A stretch of DNA of 64,000 bases from a virus. Its lineage: Duplodnaviria > Caudoviricetes. Positions 20,056-30,450 of this stretch are shown here, piece after piece; the stretch's first letter is position 1, and each line of letters starts with the position of its first letter. Under the pieces are notes generated by a model that searched no databases, was not told the DNA's origin, and saw only the letters and a list, made by a program, of their open reading frames with translations. The stretch covers positions 153 to 64,152 of the IMG/VR virus record IMGVR_UViG_3300034039_000011; one strand, given 5' to 3'. A program made the position numbers and the translations under genes.

Positions 20056-20766
20056 ATGGGACAAATATTAGGTAAATTAAAAACACCAAATAATAAAATA
20101 TTCAATGAAACAGATGTTGTTAACCCAGATTATATTGCTGTGAGTGGTACAACATTAGATACCACATTATATGATGACATTACATCAATTGAAAATTGGG
20201 ATAAATATGGTGAATTGGCATGTACGGATTATTTTCAAATAAGAGATAATATCATTGATATAATGACTGATTTAAGATGGAGTGGGTTAACATCTAATGA
20301 AAAATATATTGCAATAAAATATTATGCAAGAGAAAAAGACGTGGATATAAATACATCAGACACCGATAAAGTAATGTTTTTAATGGGTGAAGGTTATTCA
20401 TATGATGATGCTGTGGCATATGTTAAAAAATCTTATGTAATACATAGAGAAAAATTAATTGAATCTTGTATGTCAAGAGCAAATTCACATAAGTTAATTG
20501 AAGTAGTTTCAACATATTTGGATTTAAATGATGCATCAGATTTAATAAACGTAACTTATAAATTATTTGAATTATATAAAACACAAGCGATTTTTGGTAT
20601 AAGCGGTGGTGATGGACAAGAAGGTATATTTGATTTTGTACTAAGTTATCCAGGAACATCATTTGAATTTAGTGGTTTAGAACAACAAAATTATACCCTT
20701 AAAACTGGAACGTGGGATGATTTTAAAACTGATATAATGTCAATAATAAAATATGGAATATATTAA
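20056..20766 (+). CDS. Hypothetical protein
   Basis: 236 aa ORF in the structural operon. Confidence 0.7.
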   Translation: MGQILGKLKTPNNKIFNETDVVNPDYIAVSGTTLDTTLYDDITSIENWDKYGELACTDYFQIRDNIIDIMTDLRWSGLTSNEKYIAIKYYAREKDVDINTSDTDKVMFLMGEGYSYDDAVAYVKKSYVIHREKLIESCMSRANSHKLIEVVSTYLDLNDASDLINVTYKLFELYKTQAIFGISGGDGQEGIFDFVLSYPGTSFEFSGLEQQNYTLKTGTWDDFKTDIMSIIKYGIY

Positions 20767-20768
20767 TT

Positions 20769-21017
20769 ATGGCTAAAGTTAATTTCACAATTGATGAACT
20801 TGTTTATAACACTGTTTTAAGCGGTGTAAACATATATTATTATGGTGAATTAAAAACCATTGATTACGTAAAAGTAGTGAAACACACAAGACAAATAAGT
20901 GTTCATTGTACTGATGGTTCTATTTTTTTAGTTAATCAAGATGAGGCTTTTGATTTTGAAGTAAATAATGAAAAAATAAATAAAATTCCAAATAAGAAAA
21001 AATTAAAAGGAAAATAA
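20769..21017 (+). CDS. Hypothetical protein
   Basis: 82 aa ORF tightly coupled to the upstream gene. Confidence 0.65.
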   Translation: MAKVNFTIDELVYNTVLSGVNIYYYGELKTIDYVKVVKHTRQISVHCTDGSIFLVNQDEAFDFEVNNEKINKIPNKKKLKGK

Positions 21018-21136
21018 TTTTATAAAAAATGTAATTACCAAAAAAAAACACTATTTATATTATGGAAAGTAAAACCCATATTAAATATAATTTAATATAT
21101 ATTTTTGAATAATAATTACAATAAAATTAAAATATA

Positions 21137-23983
21137 ATGGCATCAAACAAAGTATTTATTAGTCCTGGAGTATATACTTCTGAAAAAGACTTAACTTTTG
21201 TAACAAGAAACGTAGGTGTAACAACATTAGGATTAGTTGGAGAAACTGTTAAAGGTCCAGCTTTTCAACCTATATTTATAACAAATTATGATGAATTTGT
21301 TTCATATTTTGGTGGATTAAATCCTGAATTAATTAAAGATAATGGCGCACCAAGATATGAATTGTCATATATTGCAAAAGAATATTTAAAAGAATCTAAT
21401 CAATTATTTGTAACAAGAGTTCTTGGTTTGTCTGGTTATGACGCTGGATATGCTTGGGCTATTACATTAGATGCTGATTTGGATACTACAACAACTGCTA
21501 CAACTCAAACTATAACATACAACGGTACACCAAATTTAATTGAATTTACCGCATCAACAACAGGATTTTTAAATATTGTTATTAATGATCCGTTAGCCCA
21601 AACTTTATATAATAATGGTGTTCTTGATTTAACAGAAATAATCAATTCTTTTCTTGGTGATAATATAACAACTTCACCAGTATTTGATAAATTAAATGAA
21701 AATTCATGTGATTTTAGTGGTGTTTCACTAAATATGGATATTGTATCCTATGGATTGGACAGCAATAACAATATAACTGGAGCCACTACTGGTGTTACCA
21801 CTTATTATAGCGGTTCTTGTTATTCTGATGTGGAAGACAGAGTTGTGGCATTGTTGCGTTCAAGAGGTCGTTATGATGGTAATGAACAATTATTTTTCAA
21901 TTGTACTGGTAACACTATTGGTATTGATCCTATAAATGGTGAAATGTATAGAAATCCATTAGGTTCATTTAATATTACAGGAACATCTTATTTTGATGGT
22001 GCTTTTTCAATAAATGTATCTTTGGATAAAACTAAAAGAAATTATATATCAAGAGTTTTAGGTAAGAAGGCATTAGACAAAAATACACCTTTATTTGTTG
22101 AAGAAATATATGAAAACATGTTTCAAGATTTAATTGATAGTGGAAAAATTAGAGGTGTCAATTCAACATTAGTATATTATGGTAAAGAATTTAGCAATTA
22201 TAAACAAAGATATAAAGAAGCTAATACACCATATATTGTATCAGAGGTTCGTGGTAATAAAGTTATTAAATTGTTTAGATTTAAAACAATTACCGATGGA
22301 GATGCTGCTAACAAAGAATTTAAAATTTCAATCACTAATATTAAACCTGATGAAAAATTATTTGATGTTGAAATTAGAGCATTCAATGATACTGATGCCA
22401 ATAAAGTAGTTTTAGAAAAATTTGTTAAATGTAATCTTGATCCTTCTACAGAAAATTACATTGGTAGAAAGATTGGAACTATAGATGGTTCATACCCTTC
22501 AAAATCTAAATATGTTTTGGTTGAATTTAACAGTAATGATGATATTTCAGACGCTTTCCCAGCAGGTTTCTTGGGTTATCCAATGAGAGACTATCAAATT
22601 GGTGGAAATGGAAATGTGTCATATCCTGAATTACAATACAAAACAACATATTCTCAATTTGAGAAAAAAAGAAAAGTTTATTTAGGAATTTCAGATACTG
22701 TTGGAATAGACCAAGATTTCTTTGATTATAAAGGATTACCTAATACAAATGATGCTTTATCTTGGACAGCTTATACAAAAGGTTTCCATATGGACATTAC
22801 CGCAACAGGAGTTACTGTTGAAGATAGTGAAATTGTTATAAACTCAACTGGTGGAACAATAAATGTTATATATTCTTTTGATGTTGGTAATGCTGAATTT
22901 AAAAATGAATTTGATTTAATTGGAACAGATTATGAAAAAATTGAAGCAAGAAAATTCACATTAGTTCCTTATGGTGGTTTCGATGGTTGGGATGTTTATA
23001 GAACAAGAAGAACTAATTTAAATAAATATAAAATAAATGGTTCTTCAGGTATTTTAGGATTAACAAATGGAACTTTTGATAATTATGTTATGAGTGATGG
23101 TACACAAGGCATAAATTCTGATTACTATGCTTATCTTGAAGCTATCAGAACTTTTGAGAATCCTAATGAAACCAATATAAACGTATTTGCAACACCTGGC
23201 ATTGATTTATTAGACAATTCAGATTTGGTTAATGAAACAATAGAAATGATTGAAGAAAAACGTGGAGATTCAATTTACTTACCTACATTACCAGATACTG
23301 ATAGTAGTGGAAATCCGTTAATGCCTGAAGATGTTGTATCAATTATTGAGGGAGAATTTGATTCAAACTATACCGCTGTATATTATCCCTGGATACAAAT
23401 AAACGATACTGAAAATAATCAATACTTATGGATACCCCCAACAAGGGATGTAGTTAGAAATTTAGCATTGACTGATAATAAAGCATTCCCCTGGTTCGCT
23501 TCCGCAGGTGTTGATAGAGGTAAAGTTAATGCGGTTAATGTAAGATTGAAACTTAACCTTGACGATACCGATACCTTATATGAAAATAGAATTAATCCGC
23601 TTGTTAGATTTAATACTGAAGGTATCGTTATAATGGGTAACAAAAACATGCAAATTAAAGAAAGTGCATTAAATAGAATAAATGTTAGAAGATTATTATT
23701 GCAAGCAAGAAAACTTATATCAGCAGTTTCAATTAGATTACTATTCGACCAAAATGATGATGTGGTAAGAAATCAATTCTTAACCCTTGTTACACCAATA
23801 CTTGAAAATATTAGAGCTGAAAGAGGTTTGTCTGATTTTAGAATTGAATTGGATAACAGCCCTGAATCAATAGATAGAAGAGAATTGTGTGGTAAAATAT
23901 TTATTAAACCCACATCTTCATTAGAATACATATGTATCGAATTTAATGTATTGAATACTGGAGCAAGTTTTGAAGATGTTTAA
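21137..23983 (+). CDS. Contractile tail sheath protein
   Basis: FISPGVYTSEKD, GETVKGPAF, YYPW, PWFASAG, LYENRINP, LNRINVRRLL, IFIKPT. Confidence 0.95.
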   Translation: MASNKVFISPGVYTSEKDLTFVTRNVGVTTLGLVGETVKGPAFQPIFITNYDEFVSYFGGLNPELIKDNGAPRYELSYIAKEYLKESNQLFVTRVLGLSGYDAGYAWAITLDADLDTTTTATTQTITYNGTPNLIEFTASTTGFLNIVINDPLAQTLYNNGVLDLTEIINSFLGDNITTSPVFDKLNENSCDFSGVSLNMDIVSYGLDSNNNITGATTGVTTYYSGSCYSDVEDRVVALLRSRGRYDGNEQLFFNCTGNTIGIDPINGEMYRNPLGSFNITGTSYFDGAFSINVSLDKTKRNYISRVLGKKALDKNTPLFVEEIYENMFQDLIDSGKIRGVNSTLVYYGKEFSNYKQRYKEANTPYIVSEVRGNKVIKLFRFKTITDGDAANKEFKISITNIKPDEKLFDVEIRAFNDTDANKVVLEKFVKCNLDPSTENYIGRKIGTIDGSYPSKSKYVLVEFNSNDDISDAFPAGFLGYPMRDYQIGGNGNVSYPELQYKTTYSQFEKKRKVYLGISDTVGIDQDFFDYKGLPNTNDALSWTAYTKGFHMDITATGVTVEDSEIVINSTGGTINVIYSFDVGNAEFKNEFDLIGTDYEKIEARKFTLVPYGGFDGWDVYRTRRTNLNKYKINGSSGILGLTNGTFDNYVMSDGTQGINSDYYAYLEAIRTFENPNETNINVFATPGIDLLDNSDLVNETIEMIEEKRGDSIYLPTLPDTDSSGNPLMPEDVVSIIEGEFDSNYTAVYYPWIQINDTENNQYLWIPPTRDVVRNLALTDNKAFPWFASAGVDRGKVNAVNVRLKLNLDDTDTLYENRINPLVRFNTEGIVIMGNKNMQIKESALNRINVRRLLLQARKLISAVSIRLLFDQNDDVVRNQFLTLVTPILENIRAERGLSDFRIELDNSPESIDRRELCGKIFIKPTSSLEYICIEFNVLNTGASFEDV

Positions 23984-23994
23984 AAATGAATAAG

Positions 23995-24037
23995 ATAATT
24001 TCCCAGCATATATTATATGTTGGGAAATTATTTTTTT
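23995..24037 (+). terminator. Intrinsic terminator after the sheath gene
   Basis: ATAATTTCCCAGCATAT / ATATGTTGGGAAATTAT stem followed by a T-tract. Confidence 0.8.
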
Positions 24038-24055
24038 ATTTAAAATTAAAAATAA

Positions 24056-25138
24056 ATGAAAAAAATTTTCATAACCGATTCACAATTAAAACATATTATT
24101 GAGAAAAAAAGAAATAAAAAAATTGTAATAACCGATTCTCAATTAAAATATGTTATTGAAAATTTAAAAAAGAAAAAACAAATCAATGAAGAGGTTGTTG
24201 AAGAAGGTTTAAAGGAATTTGCTCTTGCTGGGTTAATGACATTGGCTTCTCTTACCAATATTGCACAAGTAAAAGATAAAAATATCTCACAAGATAAATT
24301 GAAAGCTGCCGAATATGTTCAAAAAAGATTAGAAAAGGGTGATTTAGACGGTGATGGAGTTAAAGATTTAAAGGAATATTTTGATAAGTTACATATTGAA
24401 ATGAATGAAGATAATTTAAAAAAATTAAAAAGTGCTGATGTTGATAAACTTGTAACAATTAAAACAACTGATGAGGATAGAGCTAAAAAATTAATAGAAA
24501 AAGGATATGTTTTATCTGATGTTAAAATTGATAGAGATACAACGTTTGAAGATATTGGTGGTGGTGGATTGGTTGAAGTATCTTCTTTAATAGACATTTC
24601 TAATGATGGGTTTAAAACTGGTTCTTATGAGCTTTCAGAAAAGACTAAACAAGAACTTGATAGTATTATAAAAAATGTTAAAGAACTTAATGGGGAAATA
24701 AATAATTTATATATAGAATCTTCTACTGATAAAGAACCAATTAAAATAGGAAACGAAAAATTGGCTAAATTAAGAGCAAATGCAGTTAAAGATTATATAT
24801 TAAATTCTGGAGTTAAAGTTAATAATATTGAAATTAAAACTTTACCTGAACAAGGTCCAGACATTTATACCAAAACAATGAGTAAAGAAGAACGTGAGCA
24901 AGCAAGGAAAGAAACTAAAAAATATAGATATGTTAAAGTAAATATGGATTTTTCATATAATGTTGCAAATATAGGTCCAGAGAAAAAAATTAAAGATGTT
25001 GTAGAAAAAGCCACTTTTTATCTAATTAAAAAATCGGAACATAAACCAGAAATTAAAAAAGACAATGTTAAAATAAAAATTAAAAACTGTAAAATTAAAA
25101 CAAAAACTGGTAAAGATATACCTTGTCCAGTATTCTAA
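24056..25138 (+). CDS. OmpA-like peptidoglycan-binding domain protein with duplicated N-terminal ITDSQLK motif
   Basis: FKTGSYELS...IESSTD...NEKLAKLRANAVKDYI...RYV matches the OmpA C-terminal domain. Confidence 0.7.
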   Translation: MKKIFITDSQLKHIIEKKRNKKIVITDSQLKYVIENLKKKKQINEEVVEEGLKEFALAGLMTLASLTNIAQVKDKNISQDKLKAAEYVQKRLEKGDLDGDGVKDLKEYFDKLHIEMNEDNLKKLKSADVDKLVTIKTTDEDRAKKLIEKGYVLSDVKIDRDTTFEDIGGGGLVEVSSLIDISNDGFKTGSYELSEKTKQELDSIIKNVKELNGEINNLYIESSTDKEPIKIGNEKLAKLRANAVKDYILNSGVKVNNIEIKTLPEQGPDIYTKTMSKEEREQARKETKKYRYVKVNMDFSYNVANIGPEKKIKDVVEKATFYLIKKSEHKPEIKKDNVKIKIKNCKIKTKTGKDIPCPVF

Positions 25139-25164
25139 AATACAAAATTCAACAAATTAAATAA

Positions 25165-26463
25165 TTAATCATAAAAAACATAATTTAAAACCATGCTTTT
25201 TGATGTTGAATTTTGCTGAAAAACATTAAATGAATGTTTACATTCATTTAATGAAACTCGATATTTCAATTTCAAGTTTTTTATTTCAATAAAGAATTTA
25301 TTCCAATCTGTATATTTGGTGACCATTTCCTTCCATTGGTGTTTCACCAACAGTTTTGGATAAAATCCCTTATTGTTTTTCTTTATTCTATATTCATAAC
25401 CTCTTCTTGCGATTTCTATCGAAGCATTAACTGCATCTGTATAGTCATACATTAAATTACCAATAAAACTCGAATATGCTGGATTAACTGAATATAGCTT
25501 AATTCCTAAAATGTTTAATCTTTTTGTTAAGTTATCGATAAACAAATTTCTTTTCCAAAGATTTTCATTCTTTCTGTTTGATATTTTAATTGTTGAAGAA
25601 CCTTTAAAATGTAAATCTTCAATAAAAACTGTTTTACATTTAAATTGTTTGGCTATTAAAGATATAGATTTTGATATTTCAAATGTTTCAAACTTCAATT
25701 TGTTTTGAAAGTATTTCATTCTATTTGAATTGGAACTTAACTTTTCATTCATTATTTTATCGAATATTGGTTTCAAGCTAAATTCTCGTGCATAAATTAC
25801 TTTTTCATTTTCTAAAACAGAAATACCAATTGTATCTGGGTTTAAGTCTATACCTAAGTATCTATTTTCATTTAATTTAATCGGTTCTTGTTTAAATTCT
25901 TCAAAACTTATGTAAATATAGTTTAAGTCAAGTTTTATTGAATATGTATATCCTTTTTGTCCCTGTTTAACTTCATTAAGTTGCTGAAGTTTAAATAACT
26001 CTTTCTTTATATTGTTTCTTAAATTAGGTAATTGTAGTTCGATATGTTTATTTCTGTTTAATTTAAAGATGATTTGGTTGTTTTTAATTACATCTAATTT
26101 AAATGACCTATTTCCTTGTTTAAGTTCTTCGCCTTGAATATTTATAGGACATAATCTTTTAAGTTGATAATCTTCTTTAGATATTTTATTTTTTAGTCTA
26201 TTGATTAGATTATGTTTACCACCAAAAATAACTTTTTCATTTTTAAACCTTGTTTGTATTGCTTTACCATCTTTAATAGCACACTGAATTAACCATGAAT
26301 TAAGTAAGTTAATGTTGTTCAATGATTTAGTTAACTTTCTTATATCCTTTTCTGTTTTGCCTTCAAGAAAACGATTATAGCTATACCTAACAACATTAGA
26401 ATATTGTTTAAGTATAGAAGTTAAATCTTCAGTAGTTTTATATGGTAATTTAATTGTTTTCAC
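25165..26463 (-). CDS. tnpB: IS607-associated TnpB-like RuvC nuclease lacking the zinc finger
   Basis: VVRYSYNR, RuvC-I GIDLN, RuvC-II FIEDL, VNPAYSS, RuvC-III DAVNAS. Confidence 0.85.
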   Translation of the reverse strand: MKTIKLPYKTTEDLTSILKQYSNVVRYSYNRFLEGKTEKDIRKLTKSLNNINLLNSWLIQCAIKDGKAIQTRFKNEKVIFGGKHNLINRLKNKISKEDYQLKRLCPINIQGEELKQGNRSFKLDVIKNNQIIFKLNRNKHIELQLPNLRNNIKKELFKLQQLNEVKQGQKGYTYSIKLDLNYIYISFEEFKQEPIKLNENRYLGIDLNPDTIGISVLENEKVIYAREFSLKPIFDKIMNEKLSSNSNRMKYFQNKLKFETFEISKSISLIAKQFKCKTVFIEDLHFKGSSTIKISNRKNENLWKRNLFIDNLTKRLNILGIKLYSVNPAYSSFIGNLMYDYTDAVNASIEIARRGYEYRIKKNNKGFYPKLLVKHQWKEMVTKYTDWNKFFIEIKNLKLKYRVSLNECKHSFNVFQQNSTSKSMVLNYVFYD

Positions 26464-27046
26464 TTTTCTGTTTTAATACTTTTTTTAAAGCGTTTAATTC
26501 TTTTCTTCTATTAGAATACATTTTCATACTAAAATGATGTATAATTGAAATTAAATCTTGAGTTAATTCTGTCTGGAAATCTTCTTCTTTAGTTAAATTA
26601 ACAACTTCAATTTCAGTACCAAACATTTTAAATATGTATTCAAAATAGTTATAACCAAATCTCGCTAATCTATCTTTGTATGAAATAAATACTTTATTTA
26701 CTTTATTTTCAACAACCAATTTAATAAGCTCGTTCAAGTCTTTTCTCGATTCATTCATACCAGAAGCAATATCTTTAAAGACATAATCAACTTTATATCC
26801 GTTTGAAATTGCATATTCTTTCAATATTTGTTCTTGTTTATTTAAATCATCTTTTTGTTTTGTATTTGAAACTCTACAATAAATTACATTATAACGATTT
26901 GCATCAGTTTCAATATTTTCTTCAAGCCAATAGAAATAAATGCCATTAACTTTTTTAAATTTTACTTTACCTTTCTTACGTCTTTCATATAAGGCTTGAT
27001 TTGATAAACCAAGTATCTTTTTAAATTCTTTAGATTTTACCCACAT
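26450..27046 (-). CDS. tnpA: IS607 serine recombinase/transposase
   Basis: N-terminal HTH, YCRVS, DIASG, YKDRLARFG, ELTQDLISIIHHFSMKMY. Confidence 0.92.
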   Translation of the reverse strand: MWVKSKEFKKILGLSNQALYERRKKGKVKFKKVNGIYFYWLEENIETDANRYNVIYCRVSNTKQKDDLNKQEQILKEYAISNGYKVDYVFKDIASGMNESRKDLNELIKLVVENKVNKVFISYKDRLARFGYNYFEYIFKMFGTEIEVVNLTKEEDFQTELTQDLISIIHHFSMKMYSNRRKELNALKKVLKQKSENN

Positions 27047-27148
27047 AAAATTTATTTCCTTTTTATTATATAAATATATATATATTAAAGAAAATTATTT
27101 TTTTTATGATTTTTATGTTAAATTATTGTCAATTTATAATATTAAAAA

Positions 27149-29287
27149 TTATAATAAACCTTTTATAATATTTTTTTCTTTTATTGATTTGTTTTCTTTT
27201 GTTTGAAGGAATGTTATCGGGTTTGTTTTGCTTGCATCAATTATCATTCTTGAATTATCAAATATAATATCTTCAAATACAACACCATCTTTACCAAATC
27301 TGGATTTTAAAACCGCTAATGTTGCTGTATTATATTCTTTTTGTTCCAATGTCTTGGCTATTGATAATAAGAAATGTCCTATTTGTCCTTTTTTTATTGA
27401 ACCACCCATTTGATTAGATTGCACCACATCTGAAGTTATGGATGATCTATTTCCTTGTACGGCTGTCCAACCAGCTATATCAAAATCAGATAATAAACTT
27501 TCAAATTCTCTCATCACACTCCCTTCTCCAGAATATTCATCTTTAAAATCTTTTGATGGTGATACACAATCAATATAATCCAACACAATCATATCTGGTT
27601 TAAATCCTTTTGAAATCAATCTCCTAATCAATTGTCTTATGTTGTTTATAGTTACCCTATCACTTGGCATTTTTTTAAGCACTATATTACCTGGTTGTGC
27701 TTTCATTAAATTTACAACTTCAATTATTTCGTCCCTATGATTTGATAATTCTAATAATTCATATTTACCACCCATCCAACAAGCATAATGTTTTCTTTGA
27801 ATTTCGGTTAATTTATCTTCAAAAAATACTTGCAATACATTCTTACCATTATTTTTACAAGAATTTGCTATTTTAGTTAGCATGGTTGTATTATGTGTTA
27901 CTATAAAATCATCTGTAAGATATAGTTTTTCCTCATCATCAATAGATATGCAAACACACTCTTTTTCTTTATCCAGTAACTCTACTTTTACAATTTTACG
28001 CATATTAAATTCATCAACCCCAGAACCATAATATTCAATTTTGTTATACATGTAAGAATCTCTAAATACTAATTTTAGTAATTTTTTATATGAAAGTGTA
28101 TCTTCAACTAACACAATCCCACCCATAGAATTTACCATATTTACGAAAAAATTGTATGTTTCATCTGATAATGAATTATCAATATATATTTCATCACCAT
28201 TTTTATATTGCTCAATAAAACCTTTAACCAATTCTATTTTTTCATCTAAAGATAAGTTATGTGATATTATATACGATTCTGGAAAATCATATCCGTTTAA
28301 TGCAATATGTTTACCCAGACTTTCATAAAATTCTTTACTTCCATTACTTATATTATGTTCTTTTAATGATATATTTGTACATAATGGTATAAATAATTCT
28401 TTATTTTCATTTAATAATGATATAATTTCTTCAGTATTGATTACCACATATTTACCATCTAAATAAACTTTCCATAAATGAGAAATATCACATTCTGTTG
28501 AGGAATTATCATTAAAAATTATTTTACATACTTTTCTTTTACCTTGAGGAAAAATACCATTTATTTTTGATATTTTATTTCTTGGTGTTATTATTTTATC
28601 ACCTATTTTTAATTTTCCAATTTCTTCCCAACCATTTATTGTCATTACTTTACGGTTTAATGGTTGAGCTTTACCTACACCGAATGGTGCTAATATTATG
28701 CCAAGCTCCCCTTTGCTTAAACCGCCGTTCATTATTTCATCCAAACCTTTAATTCCTGTTGGTATAGGATCTCTATAATCATCTCTTAACGCATCTTCTG
28801 GATTTTCAAAAACGGATTTTGTATCATTTTTATCTTCACCAATCTCTAAAAATTTCTTAAATTCATTTTCTATAATATCTATATTATTAACTTCACCACT
28901 ATCTATTAATTTATTTAATTTTATTGATAATTTTTTTGCTTCTTGTTCTTTGCAAAATCTAATGGCTAATTTTTTAATAATTTCACCATCATTTAATTTG
29001 GTGTTTTTTATTTTTAAAATTGTTGATTTTATTATTCCCTTAACACTTTCTTTTTTTGCCTTTGATAATAATCTTATTTCTAGTGAACCAATATCTGGGA
29101 TTGTCCCATCTTCATCAAAAGCATTTTTAATTTCTCTAACAATAATTCTTAAAACATCTATATCAAAATAGTTTGGTTTTAAAATATCTAATATTGTTTC
29201 TGCAAATTTATAATCAGTTAGGATTTGTAATATTAATCTATACTGATAATCAACACCTAAATAACCCAGATTTTTATTTTCAGACAT
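27149..29287 (-). CDS. dnaB: DnaB-like replicative helicase with intein
   Basis: IPTGIKGLD, APFGVGK|TT, LDYID, WTAVQGNR, KSRFG. Confidence 0.92.
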   Translation of the reverse strand: MSENKNLGYLGVDYQYRLILQILTDYKFAETILDILKPNYFDIDVLRIIVREIKNAFDEDGTIPDIGSLEIRLLSKAKKESVKGIIKSTILKIKNTKLNDGEIIKKLAIRFCKEQEAKKLSIKLNKLIDSGEVNNIDIIENEFKKFLEIGEDKNDTKSVFENPEDALRDDYRDPIPTGIKGLDEIMNGGLSKGELGIILAPFGVGKAQPLNRKVMTINGWEEIGKLKIGDKIITPRNKISKINGIFPQGKRKVCKIIFNDNSSTECDISHLWKVYLDGKYVVINTEEIISLLNENKELFIPLCTNISLKEHNISNGSKEFYESLGKHIALNGYDFPESYIISHNLSLDEKIELVKGFIEQYKNGDEIYIDNSLSDETYNFFVNMVNSMGGIVLVEDTLSYKKLLKLVFRDSYMYNKIEYYGSGVDEFNMRKIVKVELLDKEKECVCISIDDEEKLYLTDDFIVTHNTTMLTKIANSCKNNGKNVLQVFFEDKLTEIQRKHYACWMGGKYELLELSNHRDEIIEVVNLMKAQPGNIVLKKMPSDRVTINNIRQLIRRLISKGFKPDMIVLDYIDCVSPSKDFKDEYSGEGSVMREFESLLSDFDIAGWTAVQGNRSSITSDVVQSNQMGGSIKKGQIGHFLLSIAKTLEQKEYNTATLAVLKSRFGKDGVVFEDIIFDNSRMIIDASKTNPITFLQTKENKSIKEKNIIKGLL
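27890..28669 (-). mobile_element. Ala1 class-3-type intein (260 aa) in the DnaB Walker A motif
   Basis: GVGK|AQPLN...SHLW...ECVCISI...IVTHN|TT, containing the W-C-T signature. Confidence 0.9.
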
Positions 29288-29314
29288 ATTTTTTTTATTA
29301 AAAATACAATTTTT

Positions 29315-29617
29315 TTAATTGCTTTTTATAAAAACTCCATTAATTATTTTTCCATTTCTTTTTTTAATTATTTCATAAGCATAATTGATGCATTCTTCAA
29401 TTGACATACCTTTTAATTCTGCCAATGATGTTAGAACTACAACACAATCTCCAATAGCATCTTTAAATGCCTCATCATCATTTTTTAAAATTGATTCGGC
29501 AAGTTCTCCACATTCTTCAAGCAATTTAACATATTGTGTTTTAATGTCTGATTTTTCTAAAATATTTTTTTCTTTTAACCAATCTTTAATTGGTTTAAAT
29601 TCATTTTTCAATTTCAT
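29315..29617 (-). CDS. mazG: MazG-like NTP pyrophosphohydrolase
   Basis: KLLEECGELA...DAIGD...AYEIIKKR. Confidence 0.88.
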   Translation of the reverse strand: MKLKNEFKPIKDWLKEKNILEKSDIKTQYVKLLEECGELAESILKNDDEAFKDAIGDCVVVLTSLAELKGMSIEECINYAYEIIKKRNGKIINGVFIKSN

Positions 29618-29634
29618 GGTATTAGTTTTTTTAA

Positions 29635-30450
29635 TTAAACAAAATCAATTTCTTTTTGAATATTAGATAATCTATTTTTTATGAAATTACAATAATTTTC
29701 AGATATTTCTATACCTATCCATCTTCTCCCAAGTTTTTCTGCAGATAATGCAGTTGTTCCACTCCCCATGAATATATCTAATATTAAATCATTTTTATAT
29801 GATAAGCCTTTTATTATATTATTTGGTATATCTAAACTAAAATTTGCTTTTGTTAATTTTCTGGTTTCGGGACGATAATATATTTTTCCGCTAACAAGAT
29901 TAACAAATTCTTCTTTTTCTATATCAGATTCCCCTTTATATGTCTTTTTCCAAACCTCATTGTATCCAATTAATACACATTCTTTTGGATTATATATGTA
30001 TGGAGCTGATGCTGACAAATAACTCCCCCATGCTGTATATTTAACTCTTTGAGGGTGTTTTTCTTCTAAATCTATAATTGTATTATAATTTAATCCAACA
30101 TCTTTTATTATTTGATAATATTCGCATAATAAAGAAATCCTTTTATTATTATCATGTTTAATCTTAACTTCATAAGGAATGTTTATCGCAAATCTACCAC
30201 ATTTTTTTAATTTTTTCTTTAATGTTGATAACGTTTTTTTTATAAAAAAAATATATTCATCCAATTTCATTTTATCATCCCAAGAATCATAATCTATACC
30301 AACATTATAAGGCGGTGATGTTATCATTAAATCAATTGATTCATCATCAAAAGTATTTAAAACTTCTAAACAATCTCCATTATATAAAATACCATTTTCT
30401 GTTTCAAAAAATCTATTTTTTTTAGGAAAAAAATTTTTCCAATTTTTCAT
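29635..30450 (-). CDS. Beta-class N4C/N6A DNA methyltransferase
   Basis: TSPPY precedes DIFMGSGTT. Confidence 0.92.
   Translation of the reverse strand: MKNWKNFFPKKNRFFETENGILYNGDCLEVLNTFDDESIDLMITSPPYNVGIDYDSWDDKMKLDEYIFFIKKTLSTLKKKLKKCGRFAINIPYEVKIKHDNNKRISLLCEYYQIIKDVGLNYNTIIDLEEKHPQRVKYTAWGSYLSASAPYIYNPKECVLIGYNEVWKKTYKGESDIEKEEFVNLVSGKIYYRPETRKLTKANFSLDIPNNIIKGLSYKNDLILDIFMGSGTTALSAEKLGRRWIGIEISENYCNFIKNRLSNIQKEIDFV

Larger units (their letters stand above)
25139..27148 (-). mobile_element. IS607-family element (ends not resolved)
   Basis: Overlapping serine-recombinase tnpA and tnpB; boundaries are given only as the space between the flanking genes. Confidence 0.8.

Noticed and set aside
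27149-27200. dnaB truncated by IS607
   Set aside because: All helicase motifs are complete before the stop; at most a few terminal residues could be affected, which cannot be judged here.
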